DNA from: a bacterium
GTDB lineage: Bacteria; Zhuqueibacterota; Zhuqueibacteria; Residuimicrobiales; Krinioviventaceae
Direction of reading: 5' to 3'
DNA: 64,000 nt
Assembly: GCA_963693055.1 (NCBI GenBank)
Contig: OY843751.1
Location: 2,336,001 to 2,400,000, forward strand
The position numbers and the translations under genes were made by a program. Shown here in pieces: positions 1 to 9,997 of the stretch. The notes beneath the pieces are model-generated. The model was not told the DNA's origin and did not search any database. It saw nothing but the letters and a program-made list of their open reading frames with translations. Positions within the stretch are counted from its first letter, which is position 1; every line of letters starts with the position of its first letter.

Positions 1-420
1 TTTTATGCTCTGTTGCGAAAAACTGCCAAACTTGATTCGCTTGAGGCATTAACACTCGAAACCGGTATTGCTTTTATTCCGGCTCTTTTTTATCTGATCT
101 GGTTTGAAACAGCTCACCAGGGTTCATTTTTTCATACAAATTATATTACTCCCATACTCTTGATGGCTACCGGAATTATTACAGCTTTACCCCTGCTATT
201 GTTTGGAGCGGGCGCACAAAAAATTAAACTGGTGACATTGGGAATTCTTCAGTATATTGCCCCTACATTACAATTTTTATTAGGATTGTTTATATATCAT
301 GAACATTTTCCACGTGAACGATTTGTTGGTTTTGTGATTATATGGATTGCTGTAGCGATATATACATTTGATAGTATTTATGTATTTAAAACAAATCGAC
401 AGCGGATTGCGCAAGCATGA
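1..420 (+). CDS. rarD: RarD/EamA-family transporter, 5'-truncated by the window edge
   Basis: Hydrophobic C-terminal half with RarD-typical 'TALPLLLF..GA' and 'LGILQYIAPTLQFLLG' motifs; the frame is open from the window start. Confidence 0.8.
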   Translation, partial: FYALLRKTAKLDSLEALTLETGIAFIPALFYLIWFETAHQGSFFHTNYITPILLMATGIITALPLLLFGAGAQKIKLVTLGILQYIAPTLQFLLGLFIYHEHFPRERFVGFVIIWIAVAIYTFDSIYVFKTNRQRIAQA

Positions 421-625
421 TAATTTTAACTGATTAAGAAAAAAACTTGACTATCTGCAAAAAATTCTTAATTTCAATATTGCTAACCTGCCATAGCTAT
501 TTTTTGTCTCACTTTAAGAGATTGATTTTTAATCTCTTCATCAATAATAAGACCGGTCTTTTCCGGGAAAAATGAGGTTGGGTAATCCAAAATATATCAT
601 ATAACTTAACAAGGGAGTGTAATCC

Positions 626-1783
626 ATGAAGAAAATGACAGCTGTTGTTGCACTAATGGCAGTATTTACGCTGGCTATGTGTTTTGTAGTTATTGGTGCA
701 ATTTCTGTGGAATTGATGGCAAAATTGGGTGTAGGGCCTGCGGAGATTGGAAGTATGATTTTTGCCCTGTATCTGACAGCTGTGGTTGTACAAATTTTGA
801 TCGGCCCGTTGGTTGACAAATTTGGCCACAAACCTATCGCAATTGTAGGATTTATTGTAACCAGTGCAAGTATGTTTTTGCTCGCTCTTTCTCCCAGCTT
901 TGCAATGGCCATGGTTGCATCCATCTTTTTGGGTGTAGGTGCCATGTGTTTGAATACAGTAGGAAACACACTGATTCCTGTAGTATTGTTTGATGGACAG
1001 GATCCTGCACGTGCCGGTAACTTTGGTAATGGTTTTTTTGGTTTAGGTCTTGTTGTTGCTCCCTGGATAGTTTCTGCAGGTAGTGCAATAGGACTCGCAA
1101 CCAGTACTTCTATTATTATTTTAGGTGTTCTTGTACTCGTATTTTTAGTTTTTTCTTTACTGGCAAGCTATCCACAAGCCAGCACTGGTTTTAAAATGTC
1201 AATGGCATTTAAAGTATTGGCTGAAGGTCCGGTTATTGTTGCAGCGCTTGCATTGTTCTGTTATGTTTCTTTGGAAAGTACAATGAATACCTGGTTGAAA
1301 CCTTATTTGACTGAGGTGTTTAGTGGTAATGCTGCAACCGCAGGTTGGATTTTGGGCCTGTTTGGTTTGTTTATGATGATTGGCCGTTTTATTGTTTCTG
1401 CTATTAAAAACCTTACTGCTATTGGTACCAAAATTATTGCAATTATGGCTGTTGTTTCCATCGCAACAATCCTGTTGATGATCTGGACCCCAAATCCTGC
1501 AACAGCAGTTATTGCTGTTATTTTTACAGGACTTGCTTTTGCACCCATTTTCCCGACAGTTGTTGGTGTTACTTTTGCAAAATATGAACCCCATTTATAT
1601 GGCAGTATTTTTGGGATGATTTTTTCAATTGGATTGTTGGGTGGTACTTTTGTACCCAAGATTATCGGTGATTTGGCTGTAGGAAAAACAGTTCAACAAA
1701 GTCTGCCTATTGCCGCAGTAATGGCTGCTATTCTGGTTGTTATTGCTTTGGTTATGTCCAAAGTCGGTAAAAAAGCTGAATAA
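626..1783 (+). CDS. MFS transporter
   Basis: About 12 hydrophobic segments, MFS motif A 'GPLVDKFGHK'; RBS GGGAG upstream. Confidence 0.85.
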   Translation: MKKMTAVVALMAVFTLAMCFVVIGAISVELMAKLGVGPAEIGSMIFALYLTAVVVQILIGPLVDKFGHKPIAIVGFIVTSASMFLLALSPSFAMAMVASIFLGVGAMCLNTVGNTLIPVVLFDGQDPARAGNFGNGFFGLGLVVAPWIVSAGSAIGLATSTSIIILGVLVLVFLVFSLLASYPQASTGFKMSMAFKVLAEGPVIVAALALFCYVSLESTMNTWLKPYLTEVFSGNAATAGWILGLFGLFMMIGRFIVSAIKNLTAIGTKIIAIMAVVSIATILLMIWTPNPATAVIAVIFTGLAFAPIFPTVVGVTFAKYEPHLYGSIFGMIFSIGLLGGTFVPKIIGDLAVGKTVQQSLPIAAVMAAILVVIALVMSKVGKKAE

Positions 1784-1796
1784 ATTGTTTTGTTTT

Positions 1797-1833
1797 AAAA
1801 GAGCGGCGGGTATTTACTCTCCGCTTTTTTTTT
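1797..1833 (+). terminator. Rho-independent terminator
   Basis: AGCGG...CCGCT stem followed by a T-tract just after the stop codon. Confidence 0.7.
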
Positions 1834-1863
1834 ATCTGAATATTAATAAATACGGAGCATGAT

Positions 1864-3087
1864 GTGAACAAAAAAGTTAGTCTCGGCATTATGATGTTTC
1901 TGGAATATGCCATATGGGGTTCCTGGTACCCGGTATTGTCTGCTTATATGCAAAATACCCTGGGTTTCAATGGAACTCAGGTTGGTGTTATTTACAGTCT
2001 TTTGCCACTTTCAACAATTGTTGCACCGTTTTTTTTCGGTCAGCTCGCAGATCGTTATTTTCCTACACAAAAAGTGATTGCATATGCACAACTCATTGGT
2101 GGTGTTATATTATTATGGTTAGCAACCGTTGATTCCTACACTCCAATGGTCTGGGGAATGTTTATATATACTTTATTGTATGCACCTACCATGGCTCTTA
2201 CCAATTCCATTACCTTTACGCACTTGTCTGATTCCGAACGTGAGTTTGGATGGATCCGGGTTGGAGGAACCATTGGCTGGATTGCCGTTGGATTTACCTT
2301 GACGGGTTGGAGAATTCTTGCGGATAATGGAATACTCCCTGGCACCCCGGGCGATGCTCTAATACTGGGTGGTGTTTTGTCTTTGATTATGGGTGTTTTT
2401 TCTTTTTATTTACCCCATACACCTCCAAACAAAGAAGCCAAAAATCCATGGGCTTTTCTTGAAGCTTTTAAAATGTTCAAGAATTTTAATTTTGCAGTAT
2501 TTATGGGTATAGCATTTATTGTATCCACTGAATTAATGTTTTATTATGTACTTACAGGCCCTTTTTTAACATCTGAAAAAATTGGTGTAACCCAATCCGG
2601 TTTAGCTGGTGTTATGGCAATTGCCCAAATTGCAGAAGTATTTGTTTTAGCGCTGTTACTGCCATACTTTTTACCCAAACATGGTATGCGTAAAACCTTG
2701 ACTTTGGGTATTCTTGCTTGGCCTATTCGCTATATCATTTTTTCAATTGGTTCACCGGCATGGCTGGTTATTGCATCTCTTGCATTGCATGGATTTTGTT
2801 TTGTCTTCTTTTTTGCGGCATCTCAAATCTATGTTGATACAGTTGCACCACGAGATATTCGTGCTTCTGCGCAGAGTATGTATTCGTTTATTACATATGG
2901 AGTTGGTTTATATTTGGGTAGCCGTTTTTCCGGATGGATTCAGAATATATTTTCCGAATTGGGTCCGCAGGGGCAGATTATTCAAACCAACTGGACCTAT
3001 GTATTTATTGTACCCACAATTATGACCATTGTCTGTGCTGTTTTGTTCTTGTTTACATTTAGAGAAAAACCCAAGATGGCAGAATAA
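1864..3087 (+). CDS. Nucleoside:H+ symporter-like MFS (NupG/YegT family)
   Basis: 'MMFLEYAIWGSW', 'GQLADRYF', 'IRVGGTIGW', 'LHGFCFVFFF' and 'RASAQS' motifs. Confidence 0.85.
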   Translation: MNKKVSLGIMMFLEYAIWGSWYPVLSAYMQNTLGFNGTQVGVIYSLLPLSTIVAPFFFGQLADRYFPTQKVIAYAQLIGGVILLWLATVDSYTPMVWGMFIYTLLYAPTMALTNSITFTHLSDSEREFGWIRVGGTIGWIAVGFTLTGWRILADNGILPGTPGDALILGGVLSLIMGVFSFYLPHTPPNKEAKNPWAFLEAFKMFKNFNFAVFMGIAFIVSTELMFYYVLTGPFLTSEKIGVTQSGLAGVMAIAQIAEVFVLALLLPYFLPKHGMRKTLTLGILAWPIRYIIFSIGSPAWLVIASLALHGFCFVFFFAASQIYVDTVAPRDIRASAQSMYSFITYGVGLYLGSRFSGWIQNIFSELGPQGQIIQTNWTYVFIVPTIMTIVCAVLFLFTFREKPKMAE

Positions 3088-3090
3088 GAT

Positions 3091-3118
3091 AAGCCGGTGT
3101 AAACACCGGCTTTTTTGT
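3091..3118 (+). terminator. Rho-independent terminator
   Basis: AAGCCGGTGT-AA-ACACCGGCTT hairpin plus T-tract. Confidence 0.85.
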
Positions 3119-3174
3119 TTCATATTTTATTTTTTTTTGCAATATTCCATTTGATTTTTTATCTGAAAAAATAA

Positions 3175-4419
3175 ATGGAGTATTTAATGTCTTCACCTTC
3201 TCTGGATTCTACAGATTCAAAACATTTATTGCTCAACCGAAATTTGCATATAATATTTGCCATTACTTTAATGGCTGTACTGGGTGTTTCCAGCATAACT
3301 CCGGCCTTTCCCCGAATAACACAAGCTTTAAATATATCGCCCCAGTCTATTGGGTTATTGATTACAGTGTTTACTTTGCCGGGTATTTTTTTAACACCGG
3401 TATTGGGTGTTTTTGCAGACCGATATGGAAGAAAGAAAATTCTCATTCCGTCAATGTTTCTTTTTGGTATTGCTGGTGGATTGTGTGCCTTTACCCGCTC
3501 ATTTGAAACGTTATTGATTATGCGCTTTTTTCAAGGCATCGGTGCCGCGTCTCTGGGAGCTATTAATCTTACGTTGATTGGTGATTTGTTTCCTGGAAAA
3601 CAACGCACCATAGCTATGGGATACAATTCAAGTGTGCTAAGTGTGGGGACGGCATCGTATCCTGCAATTGGTGGCGCTGTTGCTGCTATAGCATGGTATT
3701 ATCCTTTTTTGCTGGCTTTTTTAGCAATACCCATTGGATTGTGGGTTTTGCTGGGCTTAAATAATCCTGAGCCTAGAAACAATCAATCTTTGGGGCAATA
3801 TCTCAAATATGCATTAAAAAGTATGAACAAGAAAAATGTATATGTTTATTTTACTGCCAACCTGGTTACTTTTATCATTTTATATGGCATTTTCTTAACA
3901 TATATCCCTATTTTTTTGCATGAACATTTTCAGTCATCTACAGTTGTTATTGGTCTTGTTATGTCTTCTACATCAGTAGTTACTGCTATTACGGCTTCTC
4001 AACTGGGTCGCCTGGTACGTCGATTTAGTGAGATTGATTTGTTAAGAGTTTCCTATTTATTGTACAGTTTGGGTTTGTTATTAATTCCGTTTATTCATAG
4101 TCTTTATATATTTATAATTCCAGTTGTTATTTTTGGAATAGGGCACGGTTTAAACATCCCTGTGGTTCAATCATTACTCGCGGGTGAAGCCCCGCTCGAA
4201 CATCGAGCTGCATTTATGTCCCTTAACGGTATGGTGCTTCGTCTGGGTCAGACTTTGGGTCCCATTATTATGGCTGGAATATTTTTATTGTTGGGATTGG
4301 ATTGGATCTTTTTTGCCGGTTGTATGCTGGCTGTTTTATTTGTGATTTTTCTTTTCATATTTACAAAAAAAAACAAGGGATTAATATCATTGTTATCTCT
4401 GTTAACTTTTGAAAAATGA
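3175..4419 (+). CDS. MFS transporter (DHA1-like)
   Basis: 'GVFADRYGRKK' motif A, 'RFFQGIG', about 12 TM; true start may be ATG 3187. Confidence 0.85.
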   Translation: MEYLMSSPSLDSTDSKHLLLNRNLHIIFAITLMAVLGVSSITPAFPRITQALNISPQSIGLLITVFTLPGIFLTPVLGVFADRYGRKKILIPSMFLFGIAGGLCAFTRSFETLLIMRFFQGIGAASLGAINLTLIGDLFPGKQRTIAMGYNSSVLSVGTASYPAIGGAVAAIAWYYPFLLAFLAIPIGLWVLLGLNNPEPRNNQSLGQYLKYALKSMNKKNVYVYFTANLVTFIILYGIFLTYIPIFLHEHFQSSTVVIGLVMSSTSVVTAITASQLGRLVRRFSEIDLLRVSYLLYSLGLLLIPFIHSLYIFIIPVVIFGIGHGLNIPVVQSLLAGEAPLEHRAAFMSLNGMVLRLGQTLGPIIMAGIFLLLGLDWIFFAGCMLAVLFVIFLFIFTKKNKGLISLLSLLTFEK

Positions 4420-4426
4420 GGTGCTA

Positions 4427-5461
4427 ATGAAAAGAAGATATTTTATAAAAACAACTTTATTGACTCCTGTTTCACTTGGTTTTATGAACCAGGCAGTTTT
4501 TGGCAAGATTGAAGACTATTATATTCAAGCCAAAGGAAAGATCGTTACCGTTACAGGATTAATGGAACCAAAGCAAGTTGGTAATATCTTGCCGCATGAA
4601 CATGTAATGTCTATCTTTGGTGGTGATGCTGCTGAAAAAGCAGAATATGATAGAGATAAACTATTCAATGCAGTTATTCCTTATCTTGAAAAGGTAAAAG
4701 CAACTGGCAGCAATGCATTGGCAGATTGTACTACTGCTTATTTTGGCCGTGATCCTGAACTATTAAAACAAATCTCTGAACGTGCCGGTTTTTATTTACT
4801 AACCAATACCGGTTATTATGGAGCGGCTGATGATCGATATGTCCCTGAACATGCTTTTAAAGCAAGTGCAGACGAGCTTGCTGATCGCTGGCTGATGGAA
4901 TGGGAACATGGTATTGCCAATACTGGTATACATCCGGGATTTATAAAGATAGGGGTAGATAATGGACCCTTGTCTGAAATTGATACAAAGTTGGTTGCTG
5001 CTGCCGCAAAAACTCATGTGAAAAGTGGTTTGACTCTGGCAATCCATACTGGCGATAATCCTCAGGCAGCGCTTGAGCAGATAGATATTTTAAAACAAGA
5101 AGGTGTTCATCCTTCAGCCTGGATCTGGGTGCATGCTCATAGTGTTAAAGACAAGCAAGCTGTTTTGGATGCAGCAAAAGCCGGTGCCTGGATTGAATTT
5201 GACAGCTTGCAGCCTAATAATGTAGAGTTGCATATGGAATGGATTCAATTTATGATCAACAATGGATATCTGAATCAGATTATGCTATCACATGATGGAA
5301 ATTCATTCAAGTATGGTGACAGACCCATGAAGACCTATCACCATTTACATGAATTACTCGTCCCCATGATGAAACAGACAGGATTGGGGAAAGAAGAAAT
5401 TAATAGGATTGTTACACAGAACCCACAAAGAGCGTTTACCATTCATAAACGGTTGATATAA
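4427..5461 (+). CDS. Phosphotriesterase-family amidohydrolase with Tat signal
   Basis: 'HEH', 'TNTGYY', 'GFIKIG', 'IHTG', 'VHA' and 'SHD' metal ligands; ATG 4427 follows RBS GAGGTG and gives MKRRYFIK (twin-arginine). Confidence 0.85.
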   Translation: MKRRYFIKTTLLTPVSLGFMNQAVFGKIEDYYIQAKGKIVTVTGLMEPKQVGNILPHEHVMSIFGGDAAEKAEYDRDKLFNAVIPYLEKVKATGSNALADCTTAYFGRDPELLKQISERAGFYLLTNTGYYGAADDRYVPEHAFKASADELADRWLMEWEHGIANTGIHPGFIKIGVDNGPLSEIDTKLVAAAAKTHVKSGLTLAIHTGDNPQAALEQIDILKQEGVHPSAWIWVHAHSVKDKQAVLDAAKAGAWIEFDSLQPNNVELHMEWIQFMINNGYLNQIMLSHDGNSFKYGDRPMKTYHHLHELLVPMMKQTGLGKEEINRIVTQNPQRAFTIHKRLI

Positions 5462-5488
5462 TAAAGCCCGGTTTAACCGGGCTTTATT
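5461..5488. terminator. Bidirectional terminator
   Basis: ATAAAGCCCGGTT-T-AACCGGGCTTTAT palindrome between convergent genes. Confidence 0.85.
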
Positions 5489-5489
5489 A

Positions 5490-8084
5490 TTATATTGTTA
5501 CTTTTTCAATTGTTATTTTTTCCGGTTTTTCTATTATTAATTCTATTACCGTATCACCATTCTCCGTCTGTAGACTTCCCGATTCAGCAGCTCCTGTTAT
5601 TTTGTATGCTCCCAGTGATTGCGGCCAATAGATGTTAATTGTACCAGGAGCACCACTTTCTATCATCATTGTCGTATCATCCAGGATCTGAATGTCTTTT
5701 AACCAGCAAGTCGAACGACCAATGTATGCTCCAAAGTTATTATTACCCAACACAAAAACGTTTCTAGCTACATCCGGTTCTGTGAAATCAAATGTAAATT
5801 CAAGGTTGCTGTTTCCTGTCTGTGTTTCACCAAAAATTCCGGGAACATGATAAGCATGACCAATAACACCCAAAAAACTTTTAGTTTTAAAATATTGCGT
5901 TTGATAAGTTTCTGAGGTTATGCTGCCGCTAAAAGCAATGACCTGACCCTGAGCTGAGAGAGAGTCTATCTGTTCATAAACTTCAGGAGATGAGCCAATG
6001 GAGCCGGTTTCTGTCGGTCTTACCGAAGAAGCTGTTTTGGCAATTCTTTTATAATTATTAAAATGAAGCTTGCAGAAATCACGTTCTTCCGGTGAAAGTT
6101 CAGAAAGATCTCCCCAGATACCATGACCACCCAGTATAGCTGTTGATAAATTGTAATGTTGTGCTTTATAGGGTGAATTGTTGTGTGGGTATACAGCATA
6201 TGTCTGTAAAACAGGAGGGACGATGCTGTTATATTCATAAGGAATTGTTCGCATGGATTTGGATCTAAACTGACTCAGATCATCATATCCTGAAGCACCA
6301 TTGTTCATCCAGAAATATCTACCCTCATTGAAGAATTCCAGTCCAATATTACGGCCTTTTTCTGTAACGTCATATACAATGATTAATCCCGGTTTGTAAT
6401 CTGTTAGTGCCTTTGCAATTCGTGTTACACTATTAATAAGCTCAAATCCATAACGTTCTGCACGTTCTTGTGGAGAATCATTAGGGCCGCCATGATGATG
6501 ATTGTCTGCATAGCAAAGTTGGCCGTCTATTCCATCCCATTTAAAGTACGAACAACCCATATCAATCAGCTTTTTGGATTTTTCAATGAAATAAGGTTCA
6601 AAATCACTAACAAGGCAGGCCATGTCTCGTCCCCAGCTTGCTCTTGGGATTGCACCGGTACTGTCTTTTGCCATAAATTCGGGGTGTTTTTCAAATGTTT
6701 CGGATTCTTTGTGAACGCAAAAGGGTGCCATCCATAATCCCAGACGCATTCCATATCCATCCAGTTTTTCTTTAATGGGCCCCAGTTTTTTATCATAATG
6801 ACGTTTATCTACATTCCAGTCACCCATCCAGTCAAACCAGCCATCATCGATAACAAATACGTCCACACCACATTCATGTGCAAAATCTATCTCTTTGAGT
6901 AAACGATTTTCATCACGTAATACATCACGCGGTGAAAAGTACTTTCTTGAACCACCACTGCCTTTGATATTGTAATAGTTTGCAGGATCATAAACTGTAG
7001 CGTCTCCATAAATGTCTGTACCAATTTTCTTTTCCCGCAAATCGGCAAAATTAATAAACTCGCGTTGATCATCACGCTGCCAACCCCATGTGTTATAGTA
7101 GATCATGGGAGTTCGGGTAGCTGATTTTTCACTTTGCCAATTGTAGAGATAATCCCAAATGAGTTTTTTACCCGTTTCGTAATCCGAATTGCTATAACAT
7201 CCTGTCAAGACCCATACTGTTTGCAACGGGTGTTGGGGAGAAAATGTTTCATGTTCGGTAAACGTTCCCCGAATGGCTGTCAAGCCAGTTTGTGTTGCAT
7301 TATTTAATAACAAACCTGTAGAAATTTTGATAAAATCTCGTGTTGTATCGTTATCTGGTGATCCATGTTCATAAGCCATTAACCAGCCAGAGTTGTTTTC
7401 GTTCCTTGCAAGTAAAATAGGTCCTTTAAAAGATCCTGCTCCTGATTGTTCATGTACCAATTCTGCCGGATGATACATATGGCATTGTGACAGGTTGGCA
7501 CCTGATACATCACCAGAATTCCATTCTCTGTCAAGAGGAAATGCATCAATATTTGCGCCCTGTAATTGTTCGCGATTCCACGAAGCCAAACGGATTTCGA
7601 GCAATTCTGTCGCTTTCTCTAAATTATATATGGGAAAAATGTATTGAATGTTATCTGCCACAGATTGCATTGTAAAGGGTACTTTGCGCGGTCTGACAAC
7701 AAAACGTTCCCGGGTTAAAGAGTTGCCTGGAAAAATTTGAACCAGATAATGGATGATAATATCATTATTTTCCAAACGTATATCAACTTCTTTACCACCA
7801 TGTCCCAATTCACGAATTGCATGGGACTGGTAACCGGCTGAATTCAAAGTGTCATTGTTTATGACAAATTTAAACCAGGTATTGTTTGGTGCGGTTATCA
7901 AATTCTGCTCAATATCTTTATGATAAAATGATGTTGGGTAAAATGTGTCTAATGTATTATAATCCCGTTTTATAATATCATTTTCAATAGAGAGTACATT
8001 GTTTTCGAATGTGATTTGAATGTCTTCCGCAGCACTCATGGATGCAATTAACATAATACAAAAGAGTAAGACCAGATTTTTCAT
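5490..8084 (-). CDS. Secreted alpha-galactosidase-like glycoside hydrolase (GH36/clan D)
   Basis: Signal peptide; 'YYNTW', 'FVIDDGW', 'GLWMAP' and 'YFKWD' motifs. Confidence 0.75.
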   Translation of the reverse strand: MKNLVLLFCIMLIASMSAAEDIQITFENNVLSIENDIIKRDYNTLDTFYPTSFYHKDIEQNLITAPNNTWFKFVINNDTLNSAGYQSHAIRELGHGGKEVDIRLENNDIIIHYLVQIFPGNSLTRERFVVRPRKVPFTMQSVADNIQYIFPIYNLEKATELLEIRLASWNREQLQGANIDAFPLDREWNSGDVSGANLSQCHMYHPAELVHEQSGAGSFKGPILLARNENNSGWLMAYEHGSPDNDTTRDFIKISTGLLLNNATQTGLTAIRGTFTEHETFSPQHPLQTVWVLTGCYSNSDYETGKKLIWDYLYNWQSEKSATRTPMIYYNTWGWQRDDQREFINFADLREKKIGTDIYGDATVYDPANYYNIKGSGGSRKYFSPRDVLRDENRLLKEIDFAHECGVDVFVIDDGWFDWMGDWNVDKRHYDKKLGPIKEKLDGYGMRLGLWMAPFCVHKESETFEKHPEFMAKDSTGAIPRASWGRDMACLVSDFEPYFIEKSKKLIDMGCSYFKWDGIDGQLCYADNHHHGGPNDSPQERAERYGFELINSVTRIAKALTDYKPGLIIVYDVTEKGRNIGLEFFNEGRYFWMNNGASGYDDLSQFRSKSMRTIPYEYNSIVPPVLQTYAVYPHNNSPYKAQHYNLSTAILGGHGIWGDLSELSPEERDFCKLHFNNYKRIAKTASSVRPTETGSIGSSPEVYEQIDSLSAQGQVIAFSGSITSETYQTQYFKTKSFLGVIGHAYHVPGIFGETQTGNSNLEFTFDFTEPDVARNVFVLGNNNFGAYIGRSTCWLKDIQILDDTTMMIESGAPGTINIYWPQSLGAYKITGAAESGSLQTENGDTVIELIIEKPEKITIEKVTI

Positions 8085-8096
8085 ATTTCCTCTTTA

Positions 8097-9893
8097 CTAT
8101 TTGATCAGTAACATTTTTCGCTTAAAATTAAAAGTGTCTGTTTTTAATTGATAATAATAAATTCCGCTTGGCCAGGCTTGGGTGTGCAAAGTTGTATTGT
8201 ATACACCTGCTGCTTGAAATTGATTGACAGGAGTAGCTAAAAGCTCTCCTCGTATATTATAAATTGACAGTGTGACCGTTGATGATTGGGCCAAAGTGTA
8301 CCGAATTGTGGTTACAGGATTAAATGGATTGGGATAATTTTGATACAATTGAAAATTATCAGGTGCTTGATCTTGATTGTTGATAGATACAGGAAATGTT
8401 GTAATGATTGCATTGTAAAGTGTTTTAGTTTTTTCGCCACCGGGTCCTATGACTGTCAGGGATACATCAAAGGAATCTGATTTTGTATAAATATGTGAAG
8501 GATTTTGATTGGTACTTTGAGTGCCATCTCCAAAATCCCAATTCCAACTCTTAATATTTCCGGTAGACAAATCCGTAAATTGTACGGTTAGTGGAACCAC
8601 ACCCATTGCAGGAGTAAATTCGAAATCTGTTACAGGAGGTGCAATAACTGTGGTGATAAGATCTGTTTTGGTTATGGTGTTAATTCCTGCTGGACCTGCA
8701 ACCGTAAGAGAAACCGTAAATGTATCTACTTTATCATATACATGTTCAGGATGTTGCTCTTTGCTTGTTGAGCCATCTCCAAAATCCCAAAGCCATGCAT
8801 TGATATTGCCATTTGACTGATCTGTAAATTGTACAGAAAGGGGGGCAACTCCCGTTGTTGGAAAAGCGTCAAAATCTGCAACGGGTATAGGATCTTGAAC
8901 GATAATATAATTTTTTCGTATCAGCGTATCAGTTCCCAGTTCACCTTTTACTGCTAGTCGAACAGAATAGGTGTCGGGCTGGGTATATGTATGTACTGGA
9001 CTTTTCTTAATTCCGGCTTCTTCATCACCAAAATCCCAGGAATATTCGTCTATATCACCTGACGATTGATTTATAAATTGTACTGCAAGTGGCGCAAAGC
9101 CGGTCCGGGGTTCAGCAACAAAAAAGGCTACAGGAGGGCCATTGGTGACTGTGATGTAGCTATATTTAATATTCTGCTTGTTACCTCCCGGTCCTGTAGC
9201 ATCTAGCGAAACGGTAAATGTACCTGTTTCTCTAAAAGTATGGACAGGATTAGGTTCTGAACTGGTACTATCATCACCAAAATTCCAAAGTAAATTGGTA
9301 ACGATGCCGGATAATTGACTGGTAAAGTGAACTGTTAAAGGTGCGCTGCCGTTTAACGTATCTGCACTAAATTCAACTATCGGTTGCATAAATGGCAATA
9401 CATCTATTAATATTACATAATGGCTTTTGGCGTTTACTGCTCCCGCAGCACGATTTCCACCCAAAATTAATGTATCTGGAAGGCTGGACATTTTCCATAC
9501 ATTCAAAGTTATTGCATCATCAGAAACGCCTAGTGTCAAGTCGGTTAATGAAAACGAATCAGCTAACCAGTTGGGAACAGAGGTAGCTCTGCTATCAAAA
9601 CCAATATAGATATCTGCATCATCCAACAAAACCAGCTGAATGAAATCGTTTGTTTGATTGTCAGCATTATCATTTGAAGCAACAATCCAGATCAGGCTGT
9701 CGAGCTCGCCAGGTATTTCAGTTATCGTATAATCACGATCGTTATAATACATATCACCTGTTTCCAGGAGGGATGTATTATAATTTTCCGGTGTTAATAT
9801 TTGAACAGCCTGCTCAATTGGGTACTGGGCATAAAGATAGAAAGGCATTGCTGCAAATATTAAAGTAGAAATTATCAGTAACCGGTTTTTCAT
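8097..9893 (-). CDS. Secreted protein with 4 PKD repeats and a T9SS-type C-terminal domain
   Basis: Repeated 'W.FGD....S....P.H.Y' PKD motif four times; C-terminal 'LYQNYPNPFNPVTTIRY...KMLLIK'. Confidence 0.9.
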   Translation of the reverse strand: MKNRLLIISTLIFAAMPFYLYAQYPIEQAVQILTPENYNTSLLETGDMYYNDRDYTITEIPGELDSLIWIVASNDNADNQTNDFIQLVLLDDADIYIGFDSRATSVPNWLADSFSLTDLTLGVSDDAITLNVWKMSSLPDTLILGGNRAAGAVNAKSHYVILIDVLPFMQPIVEFSADTLNGSAPLTVHFTSQLSGIVTNLLWNFGDDSTSSEPNPVHTFRETGTFTVSLDATGPGGNKQNIKYSYITVTNGPPVAFFVAEPRTGFAPLAVQFINQSSGDIDEYSWDFGDEEAGIKKSPVHTYTQPDTYSVRLAVKGELGTDTLIRKNYIIVQDPIPVADFDAFPTTGVAPLSVQFTDQSNGNINAWLWDFGDGSTSKEQHPEHVYDKVDTFTVSLTVAGPAGINTITKTDLITTVIAPPVTDFEFTPAMGVVPLTVQFTDLSTGNIKSWNWDFGDGTQSTNQNPSHIYTKSDSFDVSLTVIGPGGEKTKTLYNAIITTFPVSINNQDQAPDNFQLYQNYPNPFNPVTTIRYTLAQSSTVTLSIYNIRGELLATPVNQFQAAGVYNTTLHTQAWPSGIYYYQLKTDTFNFKRKMLLIK

Positions 9894-9997
9894 AAATACA
9901 AGATAAATGTTAGATTTTAAACATACTTAATAATAGTTATCCTAATCGATCAATTCAAGTACTTAATTGTAAACTGATTGAATCTGTATGTATATTG

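Noticed and set aside
541-1659. Antisense ORFs over the MFS gene (also 21145-21645, 42166-42594, 46051-46428, 55014-55550)
   Set aside because: These are shadow ORFs opposite well-supported genes, with no protein motifs.
8400-9380. DNA-level repeats such as CCAAAATCCCA
   Set aside because: They are explained by the four PKD protein repeats (WDFGD).
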